Shown here: one piece after another, positions 19,345-29,485 of the stretch
Layout: each line of letters begins with the position of its first letter
Numbering within the stretch: position 1 is the stretch's first letter
Assembly: GCA_018780035.1 (NCBI GenBank)
Contig: JADMKE010000003.1
Span: 146,753-210,752 of the forward strand
DNA: 64,000 nucleotides
Direction of reading: 5' to 3'
Source of the DNA: Candidatus Sericytochromatia bacterium
GTDB lineage: Bacteria > Cyanobacteriota > Sericytochromatia > UBA7694
Made by a program: the position numbers and the translations under genes
The notes under the pieces: generated by a model
What the model was told of the DNA's origin: nothing
The model's input: only the letters and a program-made list of their open reading frames with translations
Database searches by the model: none

Positions 19345-19686
19345 ATGGAAGTTACCAAAGAAGATAAGACTTTTAGCGCCATTGCTCACTTGGCCCCTTT
19401 GTTTGGCTATTTGATCGGTTTTGGCCAATTGCTGATTCCCCTGGCCATTTTGCTGATCAAAACAGATTCCCCGTTTATTCGCGAGCAGGCCAAGGAGTCG
19501 CTCAATTTTCAGATTTCCATGACTCTCTATTGCATTGGAGCTGGGATTCTCTGTTTGGTTCTGATTGGTTTTTTGATCCTGCCTGTGCTCATGATCTTCG
19601 GGCTGGTAACCATGATTCAGGCCACCTTAAAAGCCAATGAAGGCGAGTTCTACCGCTATCCTCTTTGCCTGCGCTTGGTCAAATAG
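19345..19686 (+). CDS. DUF4870-like small membrane protein
   Basis: 113 aa with two hydrophobic hairpins and the conserved REQAKESLNFQIS motif typical of DUF4870. Confidence 0.55.
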   Translation: MEVTKEDKTFSAIAHLAPLFGYLIGFGQLLIPLAILLIKTDSPFIREQAKESLNFQISMTLYCIGAGILCLVLIGFLILPVLMIFGLVTMIQATLKANEGEFYRYPLCLRLVK

Positions 19687-19754
19687 CATCCCTCATTGGC
19701 TGTGAGCGAATGGTATACTACTTTTCTTGAAACTCACTCACGCAACGAGGCCCT

Positions 19755-22415
19755 ATGACACGATTAAATCTGCCCACCCGCTTTGACTTTGCCGCGGTGG
19801 AAGCCAAATGGAACCAGATTTGGGATGAAAAAGGCTATTTTCATCCCGAGGTCAATCCTGAACAAAAGCCCTATACCATTGCCTTTCCTCCCCCCAATGT
19901 GACAGGTGTTTTGCACATGGGCCATGCCTGCAATGCCACTTTGCAAGACGTCTTGATTCGCAGCCGCCGCATGATGGGGTATAACACCCTGTGGATGCTC
20001 GGAACGGATCACGCAGGCATCGCCACCCAAATCATGGTCGAACGTAAGATCAAAAAAGAATTAAACAAAACCCGCCATGATCTGGGCCGCGAAGAATTTC
20101 TCAAACATGTCTGGGCCTGGAAAGAGGAAAATGGCAACGCGATTATTAATCAAATGCGTCGCTTGGGTGCCTCTGGCGATTTTGACAGGGCCCGGTTTAC
20201 GATGGACGCCGACTATTCCCGTGCGATTCGCAAGGTCTTTGTGGAATGGTACCAAAAGGGGCTGATCTACCGGGGCGAGCGCCTGGTCAACTGGGACCCC
20301 ATCGGCCAAACCGTACTTAGCGATCTCGAAATCGAACAAAAAGAAGAAAACGGCCAACTCTACCATATTCGCTACCCACTCAGTCACGATCCCAGCCAAT
20401 ATGTGGTGGTGGCGACCACCCGCCCCGAAACCCTGTTGGGTGATTTGGCTGTGGCTGTTAATCCCAAAGATGAGCGTTATACCGCGTTGCTGGGTCAAAG
20501 CTTAAACCTGCCGCTCACCCAGCGCCAAATCCCAATTCTGGCCGATGAAATGGTTGAGCGTGAGTTCGGTTCTGGGGCCGTCAAAATTACCCCCGCCCAC
20601 GATTTTAACGATTGGGAATGCGGTCAGCGCCACAATTTGGGACTTTTACAGGTCATTGGCCAAGACGCCTGTATGAATGAAAACGCCCCAGAAAAATACC
20701 AGGGATTGACCCGCGAAGAGGCCCGCAAAGCTGTTGTGGCCGATCTCGAAGCTGCCGGTCTGCTCGAAAAAGTAGAGGCCCATGTGTATATGCCCAGCCG
20801 CTCCGAGCGCAGTGGCGCGATCATTGAACCCCTGCCTCTGGTGCAGTGGTGGGTGAATATGAAACCCCTGGCGGCCCCCGCGATTGAAGCAATTCAATCT
20901 GGTAAGGTGCGTTATACCCCCGACCGCTGGTCGCGCATCACGGTCGAGTGGCTTGAAAATATTCGCGATTGGTGTATCTCTCGCCAACTTTGGTGGGGAC
21001 ACCAAATCCCCGTTTGGTATGATTCCGAGGGTCAAATTGCCTACGTTGGCATGGAAGACCCTTCAGATCAAGACCTCAGTGCCAAAGGCTGGACCCGCGA
21101 CGAAGACGTGCTCGACACCTGGTTTAGTTCGGCCCTGTGGACCTTTGCCACCCTCGGATGGCCCGACGAAACACCCGAATTAAAACAATTCCACCCCACA
21201 GCGGTCCTCTCAACTGCCCGCGAGATTCTGTATCTTTGGGTGGCCCGCATGATTTTTAGCTCCCTTCACTTTTTGGGGGAAATTCCCTTCCAAGACGTGT
21301 TGGTACACGCCACAATCTTAACCAAAGATGGTAAACGCATGAGCAAATCCAAAGGAACGGGTTTAAACCCGTTGGAAATGCTCGACAAATATGGGGCTGA
21401 TGCCTGCCGTTTCTGGCTGGCCGAAGCGGCCATGAGTGGACAAGATGTACGTTTTAGCGATGAGAAACTCGAAAACGGTCAGCATTTTGTCACAAAGATC
21501 TGGAATGCTTGCCGTTTTGCCCTGATGAATTTGGAAGATTTTGATTCCGATTACAGTTTGGATCAAAGCCGCTTGGAACTGGCCGACCGTTGGATTCTCA
21601 GTCGCTTGCGCAGCACCTTGGCTTCGGTCACGGACAGCCTTGGTAGCCACAATTTGACCCAGGCCACTAAAGATCTTTACAGCTTTGTTTGGACTGAATT
21701 TTGCGATTGGTACCTTGAAATCTGTAAGCCCCGCCTGCAGGGGGATGATCGCAAACAGGTCCAGGCGATTCTCGTGCTCTGTCTGGACTCCATTTTGCGT
21801 ATGGCTCACCCCTTTATGCCTTTTGTCAGCGAAGAACTCTGGAGTGAAGGTCTCAAGCCCATTTGTCCCCAAATGCAAGGCGAGCACCTGATTATCGCTC
21901 CCTGGCCCAGTGTCGATAGCTTGCCAGGCGCTGATCCTCAGGCAGAAAGTGAGATGGGGCTGCTGATGGAAACCATTCGCGTGATTCGCAATCTGCGCAT
22001 GGAAGTGGGTGTGCCTGCCAATAAAGAGGCGGAGAGCGTCTATTTGGTGAGCGATTCTGAATCCAGCCGAGAATTACTCAGCCAAAATCTGGGTCTGATC
22101 GGCCGCATGGGCAAGATCTCGGGTGTGTTCGTACAAGCGGAACTGACCGAGATTGACCAAGCCGCTCATGGCGTCAGTTTGGGGATTCAGGTGATTTTGC
22201 CTTTGGCAGGCCTGATTGACCTCGACAAAGAGCGTGAGCGCTTAAACAAAGAAATTCTCAAACTCGAAAAAGAAATGAAGGGGTTGCAAGCCCGACTGGA
22301 AAACCCCAATTTCCGCAGCCGAGCCCCCCAAGATGTGGTGACCGAAGTCGAGGCCCAATTGGCCAATCTGCAATTTCAAGTGCAAACTTTACAAGAAAGA
22401 GTTGCCAAGCTGTGA
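19755..22415 (+). CDS. valS: valine--tRNA ligase
   Basis: PPPNVTGVLHMGHA (HIGH motif), KMSKSKGT (KMSKS motif), editing domain and C-terminal coiled coil. 886 aa. Confidence 0.95.
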   Translation: MTRLNLPTRFDFAAVEAKWNQIWDEKGYFHPEVNPEQKPYTIAFPPPNVTGVLHMGHACNATLQDVLIRSRRMMGYNTLWMLGTDHAGIATQIMVERKIKKELNKTRHDLGREEFLKHVWAWKEENGNAIINQMRRLGASGDFDRARFTMDADYSRAIRKVFVEWYQKGLIYRGERLVNWDPIGQTVLSDLEIEQKEENGQLYHIRYPLSHDPSQYVVVATTRPETLLGDLAVAVNPKDERYTALLGQSLNLPLTQRQIPILADEMVEREFGSGAVKITPAHDFNDWECGQRHNLGLLQVIGQDACMNENAPEKYQGLTREEARKAVVADLEAAGLLEKVEAHVYMPSRSERSGAIIEPLPLVQWWVNMKPLAAPAIEAIQSGKVRYTPDRWSRITVEWLENIRDWCISRQLWWGHQIPVWYDSEGQIAYVGMEDPSDQDLSAKGWTRDEDVLDTWFSSALWTFATLGWPDETPELKQFHPTAVLSTAREILYLWVARMIFSSLHFLGEIPFQDVLVHATILTKDGKRMSKSKGTGLNPLEMLDKYGADACRFWLAEAAMSGQDVRFSDEKLENGQHFVTKIWNACRFALMNLEDFDSDYSLDQSRLELADRWILSRLRSTLASVTDSLGSHNLTQATKDLYSFVWTEFCDWYLEICKPRLQGDDRKQVQAILVLCLDSILRMAHPFMPFVSEELWSEGLKPICPQMQGEHLIIAPWPSVDSLPGADPQAESEMGLLMETIRVIRNLRMEVGVPANKEAESVYLVSDSESSRELLSQNLGLIGRMGKISGVFVQAELTEIDQAAHGVSLGIQVILPLAGLIDLDKERERLNKEILKLEKEMKGLQARLENPNFRSRAPQDVVTEVEAQLANLQFQVQTLQERVAKL

Positions 22416-22418
22416 TAC

Positions 22419-22446
22419 AAAAAGTAAATCCGTACTTTTTTTCAGC
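22419..22446 (+). terminator. rho-independent terminator downstream of valS
   Basis: The hairpin AAAAGTA-aatccg-TACTTTT is followed by a T-run (tttttttc) immediately after the valS stop. Confidence 0.55.
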
Positions 22447-22580
22447 GAATTTGCATGTCACAATGAGACCATGGGTAATTTATACATGGGCATGTTAAGC
22501 CAATTCAAGATGAAATTTGTTCAACCATGATCTCGGTCTCTCCCACTTTTGTGGATGTTTACGTGTTGGGCCATTAAATT

Positions 22581-23399
22581 ATGACAGTTTTGCTTGAAGG
22601 CGAATTGGCCTCGATTTCTCTGTTTAATTTATTGCAGTTTATTAAGCTGGAGCAAAAGAACTGTCTTTTTCGCGTAGAGGTCAAAGAGGTGGCCCAAGAG
22701 GCCTTTGTCTATTTTGACAGGGGCACAATTACCCACGGCCGCTTAAACCATTTATTGGGTGTAGACGCCCTTTATCGCTTGATAGGCTGGTGGTCTTCTG
22801 GGCATTTTCAAATGACTGGGCTGACAACTGCAGAATTGCCTTTGCCTAATATCAACGTCTCTCTCGATGCGGTGCTGATGGAAAGTGCCCGTTATATGGA
22901 CGAATTTGCCAAATTGCGTGAAAAATTACCCAACTTGACCAGTGGCTTGCGTTTTTCAGATAAAGCTTTACAAATGGCTTCTGAAGGGCGCTTGCCTGAT
23001 TTTACCAAACAATTGCCACGTTCGTTTACGGTTGCGCGTTTCTTTGAAATGTGCCCGTTTAACCAATGGGATGCCCTGCAATTTATGAGTGAGATGGTTA
23101 AACACAAGGCCTTTTTGGTGGGGGTTGCTGGCGAAGATTTGCGAGCCACAGTTGTCCTTACTCCCATCGATTCTCTGGAGAGCATTGTGATGGAATTTGT
23201 GGGGATCGAATCCAGCCACCAAATGCTGGAAGAATCGCTGGTTGAATTGGGCTTTGATCGCTTTCAGAAATTTGGTTTTAATCAATTATTGGCTGTTGCA
23301 GATAAATTGATGGACCGGATTGCCCCTATGATGAAAAGCGAAGACGAGGTTCAAGAGGCCATGTACCGTCTGCGGGCGCGCATCACCAGTTTGCTTTAG
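22581..23399 (+). CDS. DUF4388 domain protein
   Basis: The N-terminus GELASISLFNLLQFI...GTITHG matches the DUF4388 (PatA-like N-terminal) signature. Confidence 0.5.
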   Translation: MTVLLEGELASISLFNLLQFIKLEQKNCLFRVEVKEVAQEAFVYFDRGTITHGRLNHLLGVDALYRLIGWWSSGHFQMTGLTTAELPLPNINVSLDAVLMESARYMDEFAKLREKLPNLTSGLRFSDKALQMASEGRLPDFTKQLPRSFTVARFFEMCPFNQWDALQFMSEMVKHKAFLVGVAGEDLRATVVLTPIDSLESIVMEFVGIESSHQMLEESLVELGFDRFQKFGFNQLLAVADKLMDRIAPMMKSEDEVQEAMYRLRARITSLL

Positions 23400-23401
23400 C
23401 C

Positions 23402-24169
23402 ATGTTTACCTACGATATTTACGCCCCTTGGTACGATCTGCAAAATGAGATGGACGATGTCGAGTTTTATCTCGATAGCCTGAGAGAATATGGCGGCCCC
23501 GTCTTAGATGCGGGCTGCGGCACGGGCCGTCTTTTGCTGGCTTTTGCCCGTGAAGGTTATGAAACCGCTGGTTTTGATACTTCTCAAGAAATGCTTGAGC
23601 GGGCCCGCAAAAAATTTGCTGCAGAAGCCCCCGATGTGCGTGAACGCGCGGCGATTAGCTTTGGAGACATGCGTTCGTTTCAACTCGGGCGCAAATTTAA
23701 AGTCGGTCTGTTTGGCTGCAATACCTTTCAACACTTGCTCACCAACCAAGATCAAGATCAGGCCCTGCAGAGCATGTACAACCACCTTGAAGACGATGGC
23801 ATTCTCCTTTTGCAGACCACCAATGTGCGCTTCCATGAACACGATCCAGATGTACTCTATCACCGGGGCCGGGAATTTAATCCCGAAACCAATCAATGGG
23901 TGGATGGCAGCTATGTTTACCACTACCACCAACATCTGCAGATCATGCAGTTCACACTGCTTTTGGATATTATCGGCGAAGATGATCGGATCTCACGCAA
24001 ACAAATTGTGCTCAATTTGCGTTATACCTTTCCCCCTGAATTGGAACGCATCCTGGCAAGCAATGGTTTTGCCTTGGAAGCCCTTTATGGGGACTTTTCG
24101 CGCAATCCCGTAAGCCGCGACAGTCCCTGGATTATTGCCCAAGCCCGCAAACGACGCCTGAACATCTAA
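23402..24169 (+). CDS. class I SAM-dependent methyltransferase
   Basis: VLDAGCGTGRLLLAFA (motif I), then acidic and hydrophobic motifs II/III. Confidence 0.75.
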   Translation: MFTYDIYAPWYDLQNEMDDVEFYLDSLREYGGPVLDAGCGTGRLLLAFAREGYETAGFDTSQEMLERARKKFAAEAPDVRERAAISFGDMRSFQLGRKFKVGLFGCNTFQHLLTNQDQDQALQSMYNHLEDDGILLLQTTNVRFHEHDPDVLYHRGREFNPETNQWVDGSYVYHYHQHLQIMQFTLLLDIIGEDDRISRKQIVLNLRYTFPPELERILASNGFALEALYGDFSRNPVSRDSPWIIAQARKRRLNI

Positions 24170-24171
24170 AC

Positions 24172-26100
24172 ATGAAAACCCTGCCAACGTTGTTTTATCT
24201 GCTGCTTTTGGTAAGTTGCAGTGCAGAACCTCAAAGCGATTGGCAAGTGCGAACGGTCGTCAATGGGCAATTCCTCAAATTGGCGAAATCCTCCCCGACA
24301 GCAGACACGCCACGCAAAGGCTGGCAACCCGAGGGGCTTGCTGTCTCCCCTGAGGGAATGGTCTATGTTAGTGATCGCGAGAATCACCGGATTTTGCGCA
24401 TTTCCCCCACAGGCGTGGTACAAGAACATGCTGGCAATGGCGAGGCTGGAGACCTAGATGGAACCGGAGACAAAGCCCGTTTTCGTAACCCTGCGGGACT
24501 TTCCCTGGGCAGCGATGGGCAACTTTACCTGGCTGACAGTGGCAACCATGTCTTGCGCCAAATCTCTGCCATTGGAGAGGTCAAGACCGTTGCTCTCAGC
24601 CGCCAAATTGAATTTAAAACACCTTTTTCGGTTTTAGCGGGCCCAGACAAAAGCCTGTATGTGGCAGACAGTGCCAGTGGGCGAATTTTTTCACTGACAG
24701 AACAGCTCAAACAGGTTTTGCAAACGGCCCCCAACCTTTTGCCCGAAGCCTTGGCTCCATCTAGCTCTGGCCGTTTGCTTTATGCAGATCTGCAGGGTCT
24801 CTGGCGCTTGGAACTGAACGCGTCGCGCACCCTCTTGCGCCGCCACGACAGCCAATTGTTACGTGTGCGCAGCCTGATTTCGGACGGCAAAAATGGCTAT
24901 TTCCTCAGTGATCCTTATTTGCACAGGGTCTTACACTGGGTGCCCGGCGGTGCCCTGGAAGTAATTGCAGGCGGACCAGAAGCGGGCCAAAAAGACGGCA
25001 AGCCCGAAGAAGCCCGTTTTGCCTTTCCGGGCAGCTTGGCCAAAGGGCCTGCTGGAGAATTGTATTTGGCTGATACACGCAATAACCGAATTTGTAAATT
25101 GACCCCCAATGTCCAGGGTAAGTACCAGGTGAGTACTTTGGCCCGCAGTGGCTCCCAGGGCTTTGGCGAACGCCGGGCCGGTGAAGATTTGAGTTTGCCC
25201 CATGGCGTGCTCTATGACTCCCGGACCCAGACGTATATCGTCAGCGATTATCTGCACAATCGCCTTTTCAAAATCTCGCTTGAGGGCGTTGCCACTCCTT
25301 GGTTTGAACCCTCAGAGACCAACGGAGAACCCTTGGTTTTGCCCGCAGGTTTGGCCCAGGGCCCCGATGGCAGCATTTATGTCTCGGGTTCGGGCCGCCA
25401 CCGCATACACAAAATTTCTCCCGAAGGCAAAATTTCGGTGCTGGCTGGCAGTGGTCAGGTGGGTTTTAAAGATGGCAAAGGCAAAGCGGCTCAATTTTAT
25501 TTGCCGTTTGGTCTGGCTGTAGGCCCCGACAATGCCGTTTATGTTGCCGATCAGGGCAATCACGCGATTCGTAAAATTGCCAGTGATGGCAGTGTCACCA
25601 CTTTGGCGGGCAACGGCGAATCCGGTTGGCAAGATGCTGCTGGCCGCGCTGCTCGCTTTAATAAACCCTCAGGGGTCGCTTTTCACCCCGACGGCAGTCT
25701 TTGGGTGGCCGATAGCTGGAATCACCGCATTCGCAAAATAACGCTTCAGGGCCAAGTCTCAACCGCAATAGGAGAGAAAGTGCCCGGGCAGGCAGATTTT
25801 GACCCCCAAAGAGATCAGCAAAACAGCCTCTATGTGCCCGAAGGTCTGGTCATCAATGCTGCTGGCGCGGTCTTTATTGCCGACAGCTGGAACCACCGCA
25901 TTCGCAAATGGGAGCCTCAAACCTCGCGCTTGCAGAGCCTGGCGGGCAACGGCAAATACCTCAATTTTGGCGCAGGTTTTGCTGATGGGCGCGGTCAGGT
26001 TGCCCATTTTAGTCAGCCCAAAGGGGTGGCCCTGGGGCCTCAGGGACAGGTATTGGTCGCAGATACGGGCAATAACCGCATTCGGGTCATGGAACCGTGA
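24172..26100 (+). CDS. NHL-repeat beta-propeller protein (secreted)
   Basis: Signal peptide and at least 9 repeats of the ADSGNH-IRKI type (VSDRENHRILRISP, ADSGNHVLRQISA, ADQGNHAIRKIAS, ADSWNHRIRKITL, ADTGNNRIRVMEP...). Confidence 0.7.
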   Translation: MKTLPTLFYLLLLVSCSAEPQSDWQVRTVVNGQFLKLAKSSPTADTPRKGWQPEGLAVSPEGMVYVSDRENHRILRISPTGVVQEHAGNGEAGDLDGTGDKARFRNPAGLSLGSDGQLYLADSGNHVLRQISAIGEVKTVALSRQIEFKTPFSVLAGPDKSLYVADSASGRIFSLTEQLKQVLQTAPNLLPEALAPSSSGRLLYADLQGLWRLELNASRTLLRRHDSQLLRVRSLISDGKNGYFLSDPYLHRVLHWVPGGALEVIAGGPEAGQKDGKPEEARFAFPGSLAKGPAGELYLADTRNNRICKLTPNVQGKYQVSTLARSGSQGFGERRAGEDLSLPHGVLYDSRTQTYIVSDYLHNRLFKISLEGVATPWFEPSETNGEPLVLPAGLAQGPDGSIYVSGSGRHRIHKISPEGKISVLAGSGQVGFKDGKGKAAQFYLPFGLAVGPDNAVYVADQGNHAIRKIASDGSVTTLAGNGESGWQDAAGRAARFNKPSGVAFHPDGSLWVADSWNHRIRKITLQGQVSTAIGEKVPGQADFDPQRDQQNSLYVPEGLVINAAGAVFIADSWNHRIRKWEPQTSRLQSLAGNGKYLNFGAGFADGRGQVAHFSQPKGVALGPQGQVLVADTGNNRIRVMEP

Positions 26101-27809
26101 AACAATTCACATTATGGGGGCCCATTTTTGTTCTGTGTTTGAGTGCCTGTCAGTCTTTGCCAGATCTTCCCTCCCCACACACTCAGCTTCCTTTTGCACA
26201 AAGTACCAAAACGGGCCCTGCAGGTTTGCAGATTGAGCCCTTTCAATTGATGTTTAAGCAGCCCAGTGAACGCCAATTGGCATTGCTCAAACAGCGGTGG
26301 CAGGGTGAGATCCGCGATCAGATGGCAATTGGCAAACAGGCCTGGGTCCTGGTGCAATTTTCTGCTTCCGCCCTGCCCGAAAGCCTCTACACGGCTTTGC
26401 CAGAGGCCTGGCAAGAGCAAGAATACCTCGCTTTGCAGCAAGAAATGTCGCAAAATCACTGGCAAACCCTCATGCTGGCAGAAGATATTCGTCGCGAAGC
26501 GGGATTTCAGCCTGGACAAATCCAACTCAATCCTTTGGCTGAATTGCCCCAAACTTCACAAAAAACACCGTCTTTTAATGATCTGCAAACAGGTTTAGCA
26601 GGCACAGAACCTGGCTGGTGGCGCCGCGAAACCGGTGTCGAACGGGCGTGGGAATTCTCAATAGGAACAGCGGTTCGTGTCGCTTGGCTGGACGTCGGTT
26701 TTAAACGCCACCACCCCGAAGTGGAACGCCGCTTAATTTTAACGGGCGACAATAACCAAACCCTGGCCTGGAATGGCAAAGACCCTGAAAATATCACCCT
26801 GCCCGTTGGGGATCATGGGGCCGCGTCAATCATGGTGGGCTTTGCCGAAAGGCACAATGGTGTGCCCAGTGTGGGTGTGGCGCCCAATGCCCAGGTTTTG
26901 CCCTATGTGGCAGGCAGTGTCTGGGAAGCTGCCCGTGCCTTAAAAGCGGCAGCAGCTCAAAAGCCCGACGTGATCGGCATGAATTTTGCCTGGCCGATGT
27001 ACCCTGGCTGGGAAAAACTGACGGATTATTCAGAATACCTTTTGCTCAAGGCCGTGATTCAAGAATTGGGCAAAGAAACCCAACTGCCTTTGGTGATTCC
27101 CGCGCATAATTATGGCGAGCCAATCACGGGGGGCCCCCGGGAGTGGTTTCCGATCAATTTGGCTGCTACCCAAGCCAATGTCTTGGGCGTAGGTGGGGTT
27201 GAATTTAAAGATGGCAAAACATTACAGGTTTGGTTTAACCCGGATATACTCACTGGCTACAATTCACGCGGCTCGAATTATGGCGCAGGCCTGATCTGGG
27301 CTCCCTCTGTGGCGCTGGATATCGCAGGCTCAGATCCCGCTGGGGTTTTGCCGAATCAAATGAGTGGCACCAGTGCATCTGCGCCTTTTATGGCGGGTGT
27401 GATGGCCTTGCTGCGTTCTCGTTGCCCAGATTTAAGCGCTCGGCAGCTGATTGACTTGCTCTTAAACAACGGCAAAAGCCTCGATGGCAGCCAGATTTTG
27501 GGGAAACCGGGTGCCACTGTGCCCTTTGTTCAGGCCGACCTGGCTTTGGCCGCCTGTCTGCGGGCCTCGGGCAAAAATCCCACTCAATACCGGGCACAGC
27601 ACTTCAGCGGCATTTTGGAAAAGAGGGGTGATGGTGCTTGGGGCTTAAAAACAGAGACAGCCCGCTACAAACTCATGGCCACCCTGTCTGAATTGCAGCC
27701 AGGTTATCCCCAGCTCTTAGAGGGCAAAGCTGTGGCTCTGCGGGGATGGCAAAAGCTCCCCGGACACATGTCCGAGGAGCTAGAGGTTTTAGAGCTGGTT
27801 GCCGATTAA
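26097..27809 (+). CDS. S8 (subtilisin-like) serine peptidase lipoprotein
   Basis: Lipobox LCLSAC. The D, H and S regions are VAWLDVG, GDHGAASIMVG and MSGTSASAPFMAGVMALL. GTGA overlap with the upstream NHL gene. Confidence 0.6.
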   Translation: MKQFTLWGPIFVLCLSACQSLPDLPSPHTQLPFAQSTKTGPAGLQIEPFQLMFKQPSERQLALLKQRWQGEIRDQMAIGKQAWVLVQFSASALPESLYTALPEAWQEQEYLALQQEMSQNHWQTLMLAEDIRREAGFQPGQIQLNPLAELPQTSQKTPSFNDLQTGLAGTEPGWWRRETGVERAWEFSIGTAVRVAWLDVGFKRHHPEVERRLILTGDNNQTLAWNGKDPENITLPVGDHGAASIMVGFAERHNGVPSVGVAPNAQVLPYVAGSVWEAARALKAAAAQKPDVIGMNFAWPMYPGWEKLTDYSEYLLLKAVIQELGKETQLPLVIPAHNYGEPITGGPREWFPINLAATQANVLGVGGVEFKDGKTLQVWFNPDILTGYNSRGSNYGAGLIWAPSVALDIAGSDPAGVLPNQMSGTSASAPFMAGVMALLRSRCPDLSARQLIDLLLNNGKSLDGSQILGKPGATVPFVQADLALAACLRASGKNPTQYRAQHFSGILEKRGDGAWGLKTETARYKLMATLSELQPGYPQLLEGKAVALRGWQKLPGHMSEELEVLELVAD

Positions 27810-27812
27810 ATT

Positions 27813-27881
27813 TCAGTGAAAATCAGGCAAGAGCAGCACGCCAAGAATCATGACAACCAAGACAAATTCCCATCCGTTCAT
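27813..27881 (-). CDS. candidate 22-aa single-TM micro-protein (MNGWEFVLVVMILGVLLLPDFH)
   Basis: Strong SD aaaggag 9 nt upstream of the ATG. Not in the ORF track because of its size. Hydrophobic core VLVVMILGVLLL. Confidence 0.3.
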   Translation of the reverse strand: MNGWEFVLVVMILGVLLLPDFH

Positions 27882-27911
27882 ATATACTGCTCCTTTCTGA
27901 AATCAAGTGGA

Positions 27912-29345
27912 TTATTTTGCAAGACGCTCTAAGAGGCTCTGAAGTTCCCCCAAAGCCTTAGAATAGGCTTCAGAGATGCGGTATTTGCGGGTTCCGCGCC
28001 CTTCGAGCAGGTAGTTTTGACCATTCACTGTCACTTCCAGTTTTTCGATGCTGCGACACTCTTTGGTTTGGGGGGCGTCTGCGGGAATCGCTTCCAATTG
28101 CAGAAAGAGCCCTTGCAAAGCTGTGCTATTGAGCAATTTTTGGACAGACTCGATTTCGCCATTGCTCAACGTCCGGCTTTGCACCGGGGGCGGACCCGCT
28201 ACCAGGGTTTGGGCATTTTCGAGGGCCCAGGTAAATGAGCCATTTGCTTTGAGGTCATAGCGGGTAAAACTCTCCAGCCCACATTCTCCTTCGACATTGA
28301 CCTTGAGCGGCAGGGTATACAACTTTTTGCCCACATTTTGATGGCGATCAGCCAGGGTCTTTAAATGGGTGTCCAGTTTGATCAAGGCGTTGCGATAGGC
28401 CTCTGTGTGGACAAACTTTCGCCCGTTGAGATCATAGGTTTTGGTCTCATTCCCCACCCTCAGACTGAAATTTTTGATTGTTCGGCATTCCAGGGTCTGT
28501 GGCGCATCTTCGGGCACAGGTTTGGATTCAGCCCGCAGTTTTTCGAGTTTGAGTTCAGCCACTAAATTTGTCAATTCACTCAGCTCTTGGCTGGTCAATT
28601 GCCGAGTTTGCAGGCCTGTTTGGGGTCCACCTGGAGTGACGGATGCATTGGGATCGGCCTGAAAGCGAAAGAGTCCTGCAGGCAATACTTCATAGAGCAG
28701 CTGTTCACCCATATCACATTCGCCATTGCCTGTGACCTTCAAAGGAAGGGCTTCACTTAGATTGGGCTGAACAGACGGGCTTGGGCTGGGATCGGGAGTG
28801 GGGTTGTTCTTGAGAGCGTCGAGAAATTCGCGCAATTCTTTCATAGCTGCGGAATAGGCTTGGGTATGAATCAGCTTGCGACCATTGCTGTCAAAGCGGG
28901 TTGCTTTGCCATTGACGAGCAGTTCAGCGACTTCGATCGTGCGACAGTCAGCGGTCTGAGGGGAGCCCTCGGGCACAACTTTGTCTGCTTTGGCCAATTG
29001 TGCCAAGTCCAATTTTTTGAGCAGAGTTTTAAGTTTGTTTTGCTCTGTATTTGAGAGCATGCGGCTCTGTAAGGGGGGCTGGGTGGTTTCCATGCTGCCT
29101 GGGGCGGGGACTTCAGCAAAGCTAAAGGTGCCATCGGCTTTAACTTCATAACGGGTGTAACTGGGCATCTGGCACTCACCTTCGTGAATCAGCTTAAGTG
29201 GCAGGCCGTAAATACCCGAGTCTGTTTGGCCAATTTGACCTATTTGGCCCAAAGACAAACCATTGCAAGCTGTTAAAGGCAATGAAACCAGACAAAAAGT
29301 GGAGGCAATCAAAATTCCGGATTTTAATTTCTGTGTGAGTACCAT
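27912..29345 (-). CDS. lipoprotein composed of three ~140-aa tandem repeats with conserved Cys pairs
   Basis: Lipobox LTACNG. Each repeat has LPLKV--EGEC ... Y(E/D) ... APQT-ECR(T/S)I ... NGRK--HT-AY. Confidence 0.55.
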   Translation of the reverse strand: MVLTQKLKSGILIASTFCLVSLPLTACNGLSLGQIGQIGQTDSGIYGLPLKLIHEGECQMPSYTRYEVKADGTFSFAEVPAPGSMETTQPPLQSRMLSNTEQNKLKTLLKKLDLAQLAKADKVVPEGSPQTADCRTIEVAELLVNGKATRFDSNGRKLIHTQAYSAAMKELREFLDALKNNPTPDPSPSPSVQPNLSEALPLKVTGNGECDMGEQLLYEVLPAGLFRFQADPNASVTPGGPQTGLQTRQLTSQELSELTNLVAELKLEKLRAESKPVPEDAPQTLECRTIKNFSLRVGNETKTYDLNGRKFVHTEAYRNALIKLDTHLKTLADRHQNVGKKLYTLPLKVNVEGECGLESFTRYDLKANGSFTWALENAQTLVAGPPPVQSRTLSNGEIESVQKLLNSTALQGLFLQLEAIPADAPQTKECRSIEKLEVTVNGQNYLLEGRGTRKYRISEAYSKALGELQSLLERLAK

Positions 29346-29485
29346 GGGAGGCTCCTATATGACTTTGATGATAATTCCATTATCTTAGATTAGTTTACAT
29401 ATTGTCAACAAGGTTACCCGTAGTAAACTTACAATAAATTAAAATACCTTCTCAGACGAAGCCCGGGGGTTCATTTCCCGCTCGA

